Of a stretch of 64,000 bases of DNA, positions 9,078 through 20,200 are shown in pieces (within the stretch, counting starts at the first letter, position 1; each line of letters starts with the position of its first letter). The notes under the pieces were generated by a model that saw only the letters and a list, made by a program, of their open reading frames with translations, was not told the DNA's origin and searched no databases. The position numbers and the translations under genes were made by a program. The stretch is taken from positions 1 through 64,000 of IMG/VR virus record IMGVR_UViG_3300045971_000344; one strand, written 5' to 3'.

Positions 9078-10067
9078 ATGAGTAATTTATCCGATACAAA
9101 CTCTGCGCTAGATATTATACTTGAAGAATTAGCTAAATACGGAGGGCAACAAAAAACGGGTACCTCTTATAGGCTCGTTGTTTGTCCTTTTCACTCTGAT
9201 AGCTCACCTAGCTTGAGTATAAACTTAAGTAAACCTGGCTTTAAAGTTGGTACCTTTAACTGTTGGAGCTGCCCTGCCTCAGGTAGTTGGAATAAATTTG
9301 CTGAAAAAACGGGCTTAAGAAAGATAAAAGACTGGCAGAATAAAGAACAAACAATATCTGAAATAAGTGCAGATGATGAAGCCCACTTGATGGGGTTTAG
9401 GTCAGAGACAGACTATGCAACGTCACTAGGCGTTGACGTAATAACGGACTGGTTTCCTAATAAATCCTGGAGAGGTTTTAGTGGAAAGCTTTTGGCCCGT
9501 ATTGGGGCAAAATTAGCTATAGACAGAGTAACCAATGACCCGGTGTTATTGTGTCCTGTTATAGTAAATAAGAAGAAGGTTGGTTACGTTAAGGCATTAC
9601 TTGAGAAAAAACAGGGTAGATTGGCTTACGTCTCCAGTAAAGGTCCTTGGACTAAAAACACCGCATTATTTCCTTTTGACTATGTAAAAGCCAAGATAAG
9701 AAAAATGGGTTTTGTTATACTTGTTGAAGGTCCAAGAGACGCATTGAGATTGATAACCGCAGGACTGCCTGCACTTGCTATTTTGGGTGTCCAAAATTTT
9801 GGGGACAAGAAAGCATTGATTTTGGCTTCACTTGGAATTGATATTTATGTAATGCCGGATAATGATGAAGCCGGAATTACTCTATATAAAAAGGCAAAGG
9901 AATCTTTTAAGAAGCTTGGAATATCCATAAAGCACATAAAACTTCCTAAAAAGAAAGATAAACAAGGAAGAATAATAAAGATGGACCCATGTTCTGCTCC
10001 AGATGAAGTAATAAATACCCTAAAAGAACAATTGGAGGATTACTATAATGGCGGAGCAGTTAGATAA
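9078..10067 (+). CDS. DNA primase (CHC2 zinc finger + TOPRIM)
   Basis: CPFHSDSSPS...FNCWSC; LVEGPRDAL; MPDNDEAG. Confidence 0.9.
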   Translation: MSNLSDTNSALDIILEELAKYGGQQKTGTSYRLVVCPFHSDSSPSLSINLSKPGFKVGTFNCWSCPASGSWNKFAEKTGLRKIKDWQNKEQTISEISADDEAHLMGFRSETDYATSLGVDVITDWFPNKSWRGFSGKLLARIGAKLAIDRVTNDPVLLCPVIVNKKKVGYVKALLEKKQGRLAYVSSKGPWTKNTALFPFDYVKAKIRKMGFVILVEGPRDALRLITAGLPALAILGVQNFGDKKALILASLGIDIYVMPDNDEAGITLYKKAKESFKKLGISIKHIKLPKKKDKQGRIIKMDPCSAPDEVINTLKEQLEDYYNGGAVR

Positions 10068-11055
10068 TCATTGGTTACAAAAGAACATAAAGCAGGTCTT
10101 TGATGATGCTAATAAGTTGAAAATAAAAGGAGTATCAACTAAGGAACCTTATATTCGTCCCTCTATGGCTCCCGGATGCGCACTAAAGATGTTTGTTGAG
10201 ATATGCAATGGTTTAAACGATGGATGGGAAACAGAAGAAAACTTCATGATGGCGTACTACACATCCATCGGCACATTGACCCACGAAATATTCCAACGGT
10301 GGTTTGGTCTGACTGGAAAATTAATAGGCAATTGGAGTTGTGGTTGTAAAGGTACAAAAAAGGAGAAAATTCTTCTAGGAAGAACTGTCTATGAAATAGA
10401 TGTCCCGAAGGTTTATATTAAAAACATAGTGTCCCAACAGATCTGTACTCATTGCAAAAAGCCAATGAAGTACGAAGAGATAGGAATAGACGTAAAAGGC
10501 ATAGTAGGACACATAGACGGTATTCTAGAATTTACTGTAAATAACAAAAAATATCATATAGTTATTGACTACAAAGGAACAAATGCAGATAAGCTTAAAC
10601 GTGATAAAGATAATCCAAGGTTCCCTCAATATCCAGATCCTAAGCATATAAAGCAAATAACCCTATACTCTTATGCTTTGAAGAAATATTACTCCGAAGA
10701 TCATGGATTAAATATAGTTGGTTATGCTATTTTATACACTTCAAGGGATACCCCAATTCCTAAGTATAAAATTGTTCCAAAAATTATGGATGAGCTTGAC
10801 TGGGATATCGCAAGTGAATTATTCAAGTCCCAGATAAAACAGGTCCGTATACTAAACAAATGTTTGACCGATGGTAACTTGGAGCGCCTTATAAAGCACC
10901 GGTTATGTCCTGATATGGATTACTATAAGTGCAAGGTACACCATAAGTATAGTGAGTGCGCCTACTCTGCTATCTGTTTTAGCGCGCCTAAACAGTTAAT
11001 GTCATTACTAAAAGAAGCAAAAAAGAAATTAAAACAAAAGAAAGGGGGATACTAA
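10048..11055 (+). CDS. PD-(D/E)xK Cas4/RecB-like exonuclease
   Basis: IGTLTHE, GHIDGIL...VIDYKG, QITLY; C-terminal Cys cluster. Confidence 0.75.
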   Translation: MAEQLDNHWLQKNIKQVFDDANKLKIKGVSTKEPYIRPSMAPGCALKMFVEICNGLNDGWETEENFMMAYYTSIGTLTHEIFQRWFGLTGKLIGNWSCGCKGTKKEKILLGRTVYEIDVPKVYIKNIVSQQICTHCKKPMKYEEIGIDVKGIVGHIDGILEFTVNNKKYHIVIDYKGTNADKLKRDKDNPRFPQYPDPKHIKQITLYSYALKKYYSEDHGLNIVGYAILYTSRDTPIPKYKIVPKIMDELDWDIASELFKSQIKQVRILNKCLTDGNLERLIKHRLCPDMDYYKCKVHHKYSECAYSAICFSAPKQLMSLLKEAKKKLKQKKGGY

Positions 11056-11056
11056 A

Positions 11057-11488
11057 GTGTTAGAAAAAAGAGAAAAAGCAAAGGGCTTAACACTAAAGAA
11101 AATACTTTCTGAATCAATTATTTTGGACCTTAACAACGCAAAAGATGTCCATGTTACGAATGTAAAAGAAACTGTCTCTGCAAAAGGTAGAAAAGCAGTT
11201 GTAGCTACTTGTTTTTCCGATCCTAAGGGAAATAAGGTCCCTACTAAGTATAAGTGCTCCGTTATAGGTCTTGAGGATGATGGCCCACTATCAGGACAAC
11301 GGTGTATGTTTAGCTGTGAGTGTGACCGTTATATGTATTACTATGAGTACGCACTCGCCCAAAAGGGCGCGGCTAAGATTAAGTTCTGTAACGGAAATGC
11401 TCCGACCGTTACGAATCCCTCACTTATTCCTGGTGGGTGCAAACACTTAATTGCGCTATCGCGTAAGCTCGTTAAGGAAAAGAAGTGA
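11057..11488 (+). CDS. SWIM zinc-finger protein
   Basis: FSCECD...CKHLIAL. Confidence 0.75.
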   Translation: MLEKREKAKGLTLKKILSESIILDLNNAKDVHVTNVKETVSAKGRKAVVATCFSDPKGNKVPTKYKCSVIGLEDDGPLSGQRCMFSCECDRYMYYYEYALAQKGAAKIKFCNGNAPTVTNPSLIPGGCKHLIALSRKLVKEKK

Positions 11489-12507
11489 GATACTTTGAAG
11501 TTAACAAGACAAACGTAAACCTTACGGGTAATCAGATATATACTATATTTGAGAGCATTAGTAATCAAATGCTGTATAACTTAAACTTGTTTTCTGGTTG
11601 TTTAGAAAAGAACTTAGTGTCAATGTTAGCGTGGGTCTCTAAAAATAGACGAAAAAAGATATCGTCTATTGATAGGGTAAAACAAATCCAATATTTATTT
11701 TATTACATAAGTACAAGTGATTTGGATGAGCGTTTTAGGGCCCTTCGCAAAATAAAAATGGACAAATTCTATGTAAGAAAATTAGTTCAACTATTTATCC
11801 AAAATTCTGAAAATTATCAAGATTTGTATTTAAAGTATCTAAACAATAATATAGATCTTGATGACATGGTAAAAATGTCTGAAATTGAGTCCCGATTAGA
11901 AACCTCTAGAACTCACCTGTATCCTTTGCTTAAGAATTTAATTTCCTATTTAAAGCTTTATAGTGAAATGACTGACTTAGTTATAAGCAAGTATTATAAG
12001 TTTCTTTTCTCTTTGGTTAAAAAGAGGGTCCATGCTACCAGTAGATACTTTGATGAAGAAGAGCTGTATCAGAATTACATCGGAGCAGCGTTAAAGGCAT
12101 TAGATAGGTATGATCCTAAAAAGGGAGCATTAACTTCTTACATACAACTCTGGATAAAGAATAATATGCAGTCCGCAGAAGAAAATCCAGAGTATGGAAT
12201 TGCGTATGAAATACCTGCTTTACGACTAAAACAGTCTCTAGATGATGATACAAAAAAGGATGAAAATTTTTCTATATCTTTGGACTCGTTATGCGATGAC
12301 CAAAATACTGAAGCTTCGGCAGTAACTAGTCTTATGTATTCTTTCACTGATGACTTGGAAGAGGATACTAAAAGACAAACTTTGTGGCACCTAGCGAAGA
12401 TTGCTGACCCTACAGGAATAGCTCGGTTATCTTTGGGGATAATGGAATACGTAGACTCAAGTATGAAACAGCAAATGAAGGCCTCTATGACTGCTTCATT
12501 TACTTAG
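11485..12507 (+). CDS. Phage sigma70-like transcription factor
   Basis: Region-2-like ELYQNYIGAALKALDRYDPKKGALTSYIQLWIKNNM; later ISLDSL. Confidence 0.7.
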   Translation: MRYFEVNKTNVNLTGNQIYTIFESISNQMLYNLNLFSGCLEKNLVSMLAWVSKNRRKKISSIDRVKQIQYLFYYISTSDLDERFRALRKIKMDKFYVRKLVQLFIQNSENYQDLYLKYLNNNIDLDDMVKMSEIESRLETSRTHLYPLLKNLISYLKLYSEMTDLVISKYYKFLFSLVKKRVHATSRYFDEEELYQNYIGAALKALDRYDPKKGALTSYIQLWIKNNMQSAEENPEYGIAYEIPALRLKQSLDDDTKKDENFSISLDSLCDDQNTEASAVTSLMYSFTDDLEEDTKRQTLWHLAKIADPTGIARLSLGIMEYVDSSMKQQMKASMTASFT

Positions 12508-12510
12508 TTA

Positions 12511-12528
12511 AACTGTAAATATAATACA
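12511..12528 (+). promoter_or_regulatory. Candidate phage-specific promoter motif AACTGTAAAT
   Basis: AACTGTAAATATAATACA, identical to 49241-49258; intergenic, upstream of an RBS. Confidence 0.6.
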
Positions 12529-12565
12529 GTGATGAACAACAACCAAAAAGAAAGGACGGTACAAA

Positions 12566-14065
<1,500 letters not shown>

Positions 14066-14141
14066 TATATAACTTTTGGTGAGGTAAATAGTCTTCACGA
14101 ATCAATACAATCTAACGGATAGAATTGAGAGGAGATTATTT

Positions 14142-14835
14142 ATGATTTTTGAAGAGAATAGAAGCCCACAACAGATTGAACAGGATAAAATTTCGGTTGC
14201 TAGAGATCAATTTGATTTGGACACCATGAAGTTACGTTCAACCCTTGAAACCGAGATAACTAAAACGTCAGCCTTGGCCGATAAACAAATTATCATTCGT
14301 AGAAATTTAGATAGTCTAATTTCTTTACGAAAATGTCTCTGTGTTACGGACCATAAGGACAGAAATGATGGTCTACTTAAGAAAGTAGATGATAAATTGT
14401 CAGAACTTGTTCCCGAAATGCTTTCAAAAATAGACTAACAATTGGCCGACTATTATCCTCACCAAAATTTTCAAAGGTAGAGCGTGCAAAATGGGGAAAC
14501 CTAAACGACTTACAGCATTGGGCCGTATGAACTATAGAAATATAGGTTTAGGTTTCTCCATTGCAATCCTTATGGAGATGAAAAAAGAGCTTATAGAAAG
14601 TAGTACTCAATATAGGTATATTTCAGAGGCAGAAGAAAAATTGGTTAGAGTTTTGAATGGGCTACCTGATGAACTTTACGAAGACGAAGTTGAAAGAAGT
14701 ACTCTAGTATTTTTTGAAATGGAAAAACAAATCCTAAGAGAAAAGGAGTATTCCAAACTTCTTAATCCATTAGAGCAGGACCAGTTGTATGAGTTAATTA
14801 CTCCGGGAGAGAACTGTGGGACTGATTATCTTTAG
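14142..14835 (+). other. Two hypothetical CDS (14142..14438, 14491..14835)
   Basis: ORFs of 98 and 114 aa. Confidence 0.55.
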
Positions 14836-14855
14836 ATCAACAATGGGAGTAACCG

Positions 14856-15479
14856 GTGAATACAGACGAATCGCTTTATGATATTTTAGGTATAACTAAG
14901 GATGCAACCGAAGAAGAAATTAAGAAAGCATATAGAAAACGAGCACAAGAAACACATCCAGATGTAAAAGGTAGTGCTGAAGAATTTTCTTATGTAAATG
15001 AAGCATATACGATTTTATCCGATAAAAAAGCTAGATTAATCTATGATAGATCAGGTAGGAAACAAGGTGAGAAAAATAAGGACCAATTAAGAACAGAAGC
15101 TATTAGAGAAATTCAAAGGGTTATGGTTCAAGTTTTGGATGACTCTGATGATACTATCTTTTTCTCTAATTTACCTGAGCACATACTTAGGATATTCAAT
15201 GCTAATATTGAGCGTTGTAAGTCAATAGTTGCTGAAACTAGAAAGAAAATAAAACGCTTACGCCGTTATAAACAACGTTTTCACTATAAAAAGGGAGACG
15301 ATAATAACTTTATTCAATTTGGTATTGAAGGACAGGTATATCATTTATCTACGTCTATAAGCGTAGAGATTCAAAAGATACGACAGTTTGAGTTGATGTT
15401 AGAGTTGTTGGCTGAATACGATTGGGAACCTGAAAGTATAAAGCCTTCTTTTGGGTTAAAAACGGTATTTGATAAATAA
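14856..15479 (+). CDS. J-domain (DnaJ-like) protein
   Basis: LYDILGITKDATEEEIKKAYRKRAQETHPD...VNEAYTILSD. Confidence 0.9.
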   Translation: MNTDESLYDILGITKDATEEEIKKAYRKRAQETHPDVKGSAEEFSYVNEAYTILSDKKARLIYDRSGRKQGEKNKDQLRTEAIREIQRVMVQVLDDSDDTIFFSNLPEHILRIFNANIERCKSIVAETRKKIKRLRRYKQRFHYKKGDDNNFIQFGIEGQVYHLSTSISVEIQKIRQFELMLELLAEYDWEPESIKPSFGLKTVFDK

Positions 15480-15496
15480 CGAAAGGGCTATTAGAC

Positions 15497-15988
15497 ATGG
15501 ATGTATCAACTATTGAAGACGCAATTTTAGTAAACCCAGAAGAAGAACAACCACTTGAGGAGCTTGATACTGCATATTATACTGTAGCTCAAATTCCTAT
15601 TGTAGGTGGAATAGTCTATATCGCCGTTAAGCACGGCTATACGATGGAGTCAAAGCCCTCAAAGAGCTTGGCTGACGTTGGAATGATGTTTGTTGAGGTA
15701 ACTGTAAATAATAGTCAAGGCGATTTTGTAGAGGCATTTGTCTTTGGTGCAACCTTTGAACTAGCAACAGAATACTTTCTTAATAAGAAAACGATAGGGG
15801 TAGACATTGAGATCGAACCGATGAATATCCCGTATTTTGATAAAAAGAAAGTAGGCTTTAGAAAACCCAAGCAAGTAAGTAGTACAACCGAAGGTAAAAA
15901 TGTTACCCAATATTTAGAAAACAAAAAGAAGTCTAATAGAAATGCTCGTAAAAAAGCTGCACTTTCAAAAAAGAAAAATAGAAAGTAA
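15497..15988 (+). CDS. Hypothetical protein with basic C-terminal tail
   Basis: ORF 163 aa. Confidence 0.6.
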   Translation: MDVSTIEDAILVNPEEEQPLEELDTAYYTVAQIPIVGGIVYIAVKHGYTMESKPSKSLADVGMMFVEVTVNNSQGDFVEAFVFGATFELATEYFLNKKTIGVDIEIEPMNIPYFDKKKVGFRKPKQVSSTTEGKNVTQYLENKKKSNRNARKKAALSKKKNRK

Positions 15989-16003
15989 TAGAAAGGTTAA
16001 TCC

Positions 16004-16519
16004 ATGTCTATTCACGTTACTAAAGCACTCGCTAGAATCCAAAAGGCACACGATACGTTTAAGGGGTCGTTATTTTGTGGACACTCTGGAGGAAAAGACA
16101 GTACGGTTATCTTAGACCTTGCTCTAAAGGTTGACCCAGGAATAAAGATCATTCATAATAGTAAGGACTCAACTCATCTTGAGACTATATTATTCTTATA
16201 TGAGTTATCAAAAGTCCATACAGTGTTCTTTGTACCCGGAAAAGACATGCAGGAATTTTTAGAATCGAATGACCTCAGCTGCCAGATTGACGGGACGCGA
16301 ATTGCCGAGGCTACTAGAGAAGATGGAAGAAGTGTAGACCTGATCTCAAATGGAGAAAATCTTTCTAGAAGCGATATGAGGTTGTTTGAAAATCGCGGGT
16401 TGTATAACATGAGTATGTTATACCCAATATATGACTGGTCTGATGAGCAAATTTGGACCTATATTGTCCAGAATAACATACCAGTATCTAAAGAATATAA
16501 AGGGAACGGTTATGTCTAA
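16004..16519 (+). CDS. PAPS-reductase-family (PP-loop) protein
   Basis: CGHSGGKDSTVIL, IDGTRIAE, YPIYDWSDEQIWTYI. Confidence 0.8.
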   Translation: MSIHVTKALARIQKAHDTFKGSLFCGHSGGKDSTVILDLALKVDPGIKIIHNSKDSTHLETILFLYELSKVHTVFFVPGKDMQEFLESNDLSCQIDGTRIAEATREDGRSVDLISNGENLSRSDMRLFENRGLYNMSMLYPIYDWSDEQIWTYIVQNNIPVSKEYKGNGYV

Positions 16520-17324
16520 TATAATATTTGCCCCACACTGCGATGATGAGACAATCGGATGTTGGACCTTGTTGTCTGAAAGAAAAATAGACGCAGTATA
16601 CTATTTCTTTGAGCTTTCAGAACAACGTAGGATTGAGGCAAGAAACTGTGCTGAGATGTATGGTTTCTTGCCGTACTTTAATACTGGTAGTACTCTTTAT
16701 GCTTTTACTAGCTTGTGGGAACCTGGGGATACGGTCTATGTTCCTCATATTAAGGATAATCACCCTCACCATAAGACTATAAATCAGCTTGCTAAATCTG
16801 AGGCCTCCAAATTAGGATTGGTTTTAAAGTATTACTCAGTTGATATGAATACTAAAGAGCTGACCGTGTTAGAAAAAGGGAGCCAAAAGAGAGAGGACTT
16901 GATAACGCTCTTTCCTTCTCAGGACACTTTGTGGGGTGGTGACGATAAATATTGGTTATTTGAGAGTCTTTCAGATACTGACTTCAGCTCAAAGATTTTC
17001 ATAAAGACCACTTTTGAAGGGATTCATGCTTATCCAGCAGCACCTGAAGGTGTAGAATTTTTGGCACATCCACATAGGCATATTTTTCATGTAGAAATTA
17101 AGGTGGACGTGTTCCACCATGATAGGGAGATAGAATTTATCCTGTTTAAGCGAGAAATAGAGAATTACATAGTCGTTAACCTTAGGTCTTTACAGTACAA
17201 ATCTTGTGAAATGATCGCCGAAATGTTCTTGAATTACGTTATTTGTAAATATAAGAAAAGGTCTTGTAGTGTTATAGTTAGTGAAGATAATGAAAACGGG
17301 GCTGAGGTGTCCTATGTCTATTAA
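16512..17324 (+). CDS. PIG-L-family deacetylase fused to a T-fold QueD-paralog (DpdL-like) domain
   Basis: N-term FAPHCDDETIGC...HPHH; C-term FEGIHAYP...LAHPHRHIF...REIEF...SCEMIAE...VSEDNENGA (LxxxHRHxF). ATG 16512 is the likely start. Confidence 0.7.
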   Translation: MSNIIFAPHCDDETIGCWTLLSERKIDAVYYFFELSEQRRIEARNCAEMYGFLPYFNTGSTLYAFTSLWEPGDTVYVPHIKDNHPHHKTINQLAKSEASKLGLVLKYYSVDMNTKELTVLEKGSQKREDLITLFPSQDTLWGGDDKYWLFESLSDTDFSSKIFIKTTFEGIHAYPAAPEGVEFLAHPHRHIFHVEIKVDVFHHDREIEFILFKREIENYIVVNLRSLQYKSCEMIAEMFLNYVICKYKKRSCSVIVSEDNENGAEVSYVY

Positions 17325-18675
17325 GTCCTCAATTCCCTTAATGAATATCTTTGGACTAAATCCTACAAGTAAGAATATTCAAAAATTTTACATACCACAT
17401 TTTTCACAAGTTAAGTCTATTTATGGTAATACTAAAGAGACTCTTTTAGATGTAAAGAGCGTAATGTTTACCCGAGACGCGTGGGCCAATGTTGACTTTT
17501 GGAATAGCGATGCAGATGTAATGTACGTAGAAGATAGTTTAAGTTGGCGCGATGCTATGAATACTAGTGGAAACCATTTTGATTACTTCGATGGGTTCTT
17601 AAAGATTTATAGAGTAGCTCATAGTAATTTAGAGTTGGGCTTTGGCGAAAAAAATGACAACCATGTCCATGATATTTATGCTAATTTTCTAACTGCTGAC
17701 ATTTTATGGGTTAGTCCAATTGTATATGATAGAATTTTTCCTTTCTTGAAAAAGCTGTACTGTAGGTCCACGTTGGAGACTTTGAAAGCAAAAACAGTTT
17801 CATTACCGTATCCTGCGTTTTATAAAATTTCAAAAAATAAGGAGTTGGAAAAAACTCTTAGAATACATAAAGCAAAACCTTTAGTGTTTTTGTGGAATCA
17901 TAGACTAGTACCTAATAAAAACTATAAGGACTTTTGTACTATTCTTTGTGAATTGAATAGTCAACATCCTGAAATACCTTTTGAAATTCATTATGTTTGT
18001 GCCGAGCCCGAAGAAAACATACAAAAAGCTACGCCTAATCAGTTAAAGCCTTTTATTAAGTACGTGGGCTTTATTACAGATAAATCTACTTATGAAAAGG
18101 CTTTGAGGGATACTAACATAACAATAGCAACAGCTAAATTAGAAAGCTTTGGAAGTTCTGTTTTTGATGCAATTGGGTTAGGAGTACTTTTACTTAATCA
18201 GGATTGTAATGACGCCCTTTGCTCTTTGATTGGAAAGACCTATACTTTCTCTAAAAAAGACATGGTTGCTGCTATAGTAAAGGCATATAAGAGTAAAACT
18301 TATAGAGAAGAAATGCACGGGCACAACTTGGACGGGGTAAACTCTCTATTGAAGAATGCTCCTGAAAAGGTATTGTCTGAAAAAATAAATGAGTATTTTT
18401 CAGTAAAGAAACAGCAAGGCCCTGTTAAGTCACGTGTTCTTTCAGACGCATTACGAGCATTGGAAAAGACTGCTTTAACAAAGAAACAGCTGTTTCAAGC
18501 TGTAGGATGGAATGTTGCTAAAAATCCTGTAAATGCTCACTGGGCGGGTTACTACTACGCACTTCGCCGAGAAAATGTAAATATTAGTTTAGTAAACGGT
18601 ATACAATACTTTCATTTAACAGCTAAGCCAGAAGTAAGAGAAGCAGCTCTTAAAAAGAAAGGATTATTTTCATGA
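17314..18675 (+). CDS. GT-B (GT4-like) glycosyltransferase with extra C-terminal domain
   Basis: FLWNHRL..NKN, TAKLESFGSSVFDAIGLG (ExFG motif). Confidence 0.75.
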   Translation: MSIKSSIPLMNIFGLNPTSKNIQKFYIPHFSQVKSIYGNTKETLLDVKSVMFTRDAWANVDFWNSDADVMYVEDSLSWRDAMNTSGNHFDYFDGFLKIYRVAHSNLELGFGEKNDNHVHDIYANFLTADILWVSPIVYDRIFPFLKKLYCRSTLETLKAKTVSLPYPAFYKISKNKELEKTLRIHKAKPLVFLWNHRLVPNKNYKDFCTILCELNSQHPEIPFEIHYVCAEPEENIQKATPNQLKPFIKYVGFITDKSTYEKALRDTNITIATAKLESFGSSVFDAIGLGVLLLNQDCNDALCSLIGKTYTFSKKDMVAAIVKAYKSKTYREEMHGHNLDGVNSLLKNAPEKVLSEKINEYFSVKKQQGPVKSRVLSDALRALEKTALTKKQLFQAVGWNVAKNPVNAHWAGYYYALRRENVNISLVNGIQYFHLTAKPEVREAALKKKGLFS

Positions 18676-19094
18676 AGATAGGATATGAAGTTGAGGGAAG
18701 GCTAAAGGGAGTAAGATCATTATTTTTAGATGTTTCCGAATTGGATAAATTTTATGAGCACTTTGTACGATGTAACTGCATAAAGACAGTACATGAAGTA
18801 TGTCAGATCTATGTATCTGACCATTCAAATACTTTAGACTTATTTAGTATTAAGCTTCTTAACCTTTCAAAAGAATTTTTACTGACAGTTGAAGTAACAG
18901 AACTCAAGGTGGATCCGCCTCGGTATATAAATACTATGTTGTGTATAGACTCACCTAGTTTCTGGTTTTTACGGAGCATTGACCAAATTAAGATCTCTAA
19001 GGATCTTAGAGTGTTTTCTACAACGGTTGAGAATATGAGTATAACAAACCCTGAAGAATTTAAAAATGATACTGAGGTAACCTTACATGGCTAG
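18672..19094 (+). CDS. Hypothetical protein within the modification cluster
   Basis: Coupled between the two glycosyltransferases. Confidence 0.65.
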   Translation: MKIGYEVEGRLKGVRSLFLDVSELDKFYEHFVRCNCIKTVHEVCQIYVSDHSNTLDLFSIKLLNLSKEFLLTVEVTELKVDPPRYINTMLCIDSPSFWFLRSIDQIKISKDLRVFSTTVENMSITNPEEFKNDTEVTLHG

Positions 19095-20187
19095 AATTAT
19101 ATATATCCCTATTGAACCGCTCCAAGAGCGTTACTCACAGCAGTGGTACGATAATTTTCCGAAAGCCTTTAAGACCCAGGGTTATGAGACAATAGTTATT
19201 GATGGTATTGTCTTGTCTGATACGGTTGAAGTTGGAACTTTTTTGGATATAAATTCAACCATACACTATAAGTGCGCACAACTTCAAACTATCTCCAAGA
19301 TGTTTAGATCAAAGCAAATACAGGACGGTGATATATTCTTTTTTGGGGACTTAGAATTTTGGGGTATAGAAAGCGTACGCTTACTTGCAGATCTAAACCA
19401 GGTCGATATTAAGATAACCGCATTTTTACACGCCGCGTCTTATACTATTGAGGATGCCTTTGCAATAGCAGAACCTTATCAGCGGTATACTGAGGTTGGA
19501 TGGATTTCGATCTGTGATTTTGTCTTTGTAGGATCTGAGTATCATAAACAAGCTGTAGTAGACCGAAGACTTGCCCCAGTAAACCGGTTGGACCTAGCTG
19601 ATAGAATTGTTGTAACAGGTAACCCTCTTTGGAAAGAAGACTATGCACTTACTAGTGTCCCGGAGAAAAGGGACCAACTTATCATAAGTAATAGATTCGA
19701 TTGGGAAAAGAGGCCCAATTTAAGTTTGGACTTCGCATATATTCTTAAGAAGAGAAATCCAGATTTGCAGATTATGATAACTACCAGTAGGAACGAATTT
19801 AAGTCAAATAAGCAGTGGTTAGTTGACTACGCAACAGCTTTAGAAAAAGATGGTATTGTAACAATAAAGAGTGGACTGTCTAAAGCAGAGTACCATGAAA
19901 TTTTGGCGCAGAGTAAAGTAATGCTAACAAACTCTATTGAAGAGAATTTTGGGTATTGTATTATTGAGAGCTGTGTCTATAATACTTATCCTGTGCTAAA
20001 GAACGCGCTTTCACATCCAGAATTGGTCCAAGGTGATGAACGGTTATTGTTTAACGATGAAGACGAAGTTGTTAGCAAGATCGAGCGTCTCTTAAGCGCA
20101 GATTTTTCTGTTGTACACTATGCAGAAAACTATTTTTACAGTATAGATAGAATAATGACCTATATAAATACTTTAAGTCCGTGTTAA
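19087..20187 (+). CDS. GT-B (GT4-like) glycosyltransferase
   Basis: ISNRFDWEKRP, YHEILAQSKV..TNSIEENFGYCIIES, HPELV. Confidence 0.85.
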   Translation: MARIIYIPIEPLQERYSQQWYDNFPKAFKTQGYETIVIDGIVLSDTVEVGTFLDINSTIHYKCAQLQTISKMFRSKQIQDGDIFFFGDLEFWGIESVRLLADLNQVDIKITAFLHAASYTIEDAFAIAEPYQRYTEVGWISICDFVFVGSEYHKQAVVDRRLAPVNRLDLADRIVVTGNPLWKEDYALTSVPEKRDQLIISNRFDWEKRPNLSLDFAYILKKRNPDLQIMITTSRNEFKSNKQWLVDYATALEKDGIVTIKSGLSKAEYHEILAQSKVMLTNSIEENFGYCIIESCVYNTYPVLKNALSHPELVQGDERLLFNDEDEVVSKIERLLSADFSVVHYAENYFYSIDRIMTYINTLSPC

Positions 20188-20200
20188 ATCGAGGTAGTAT

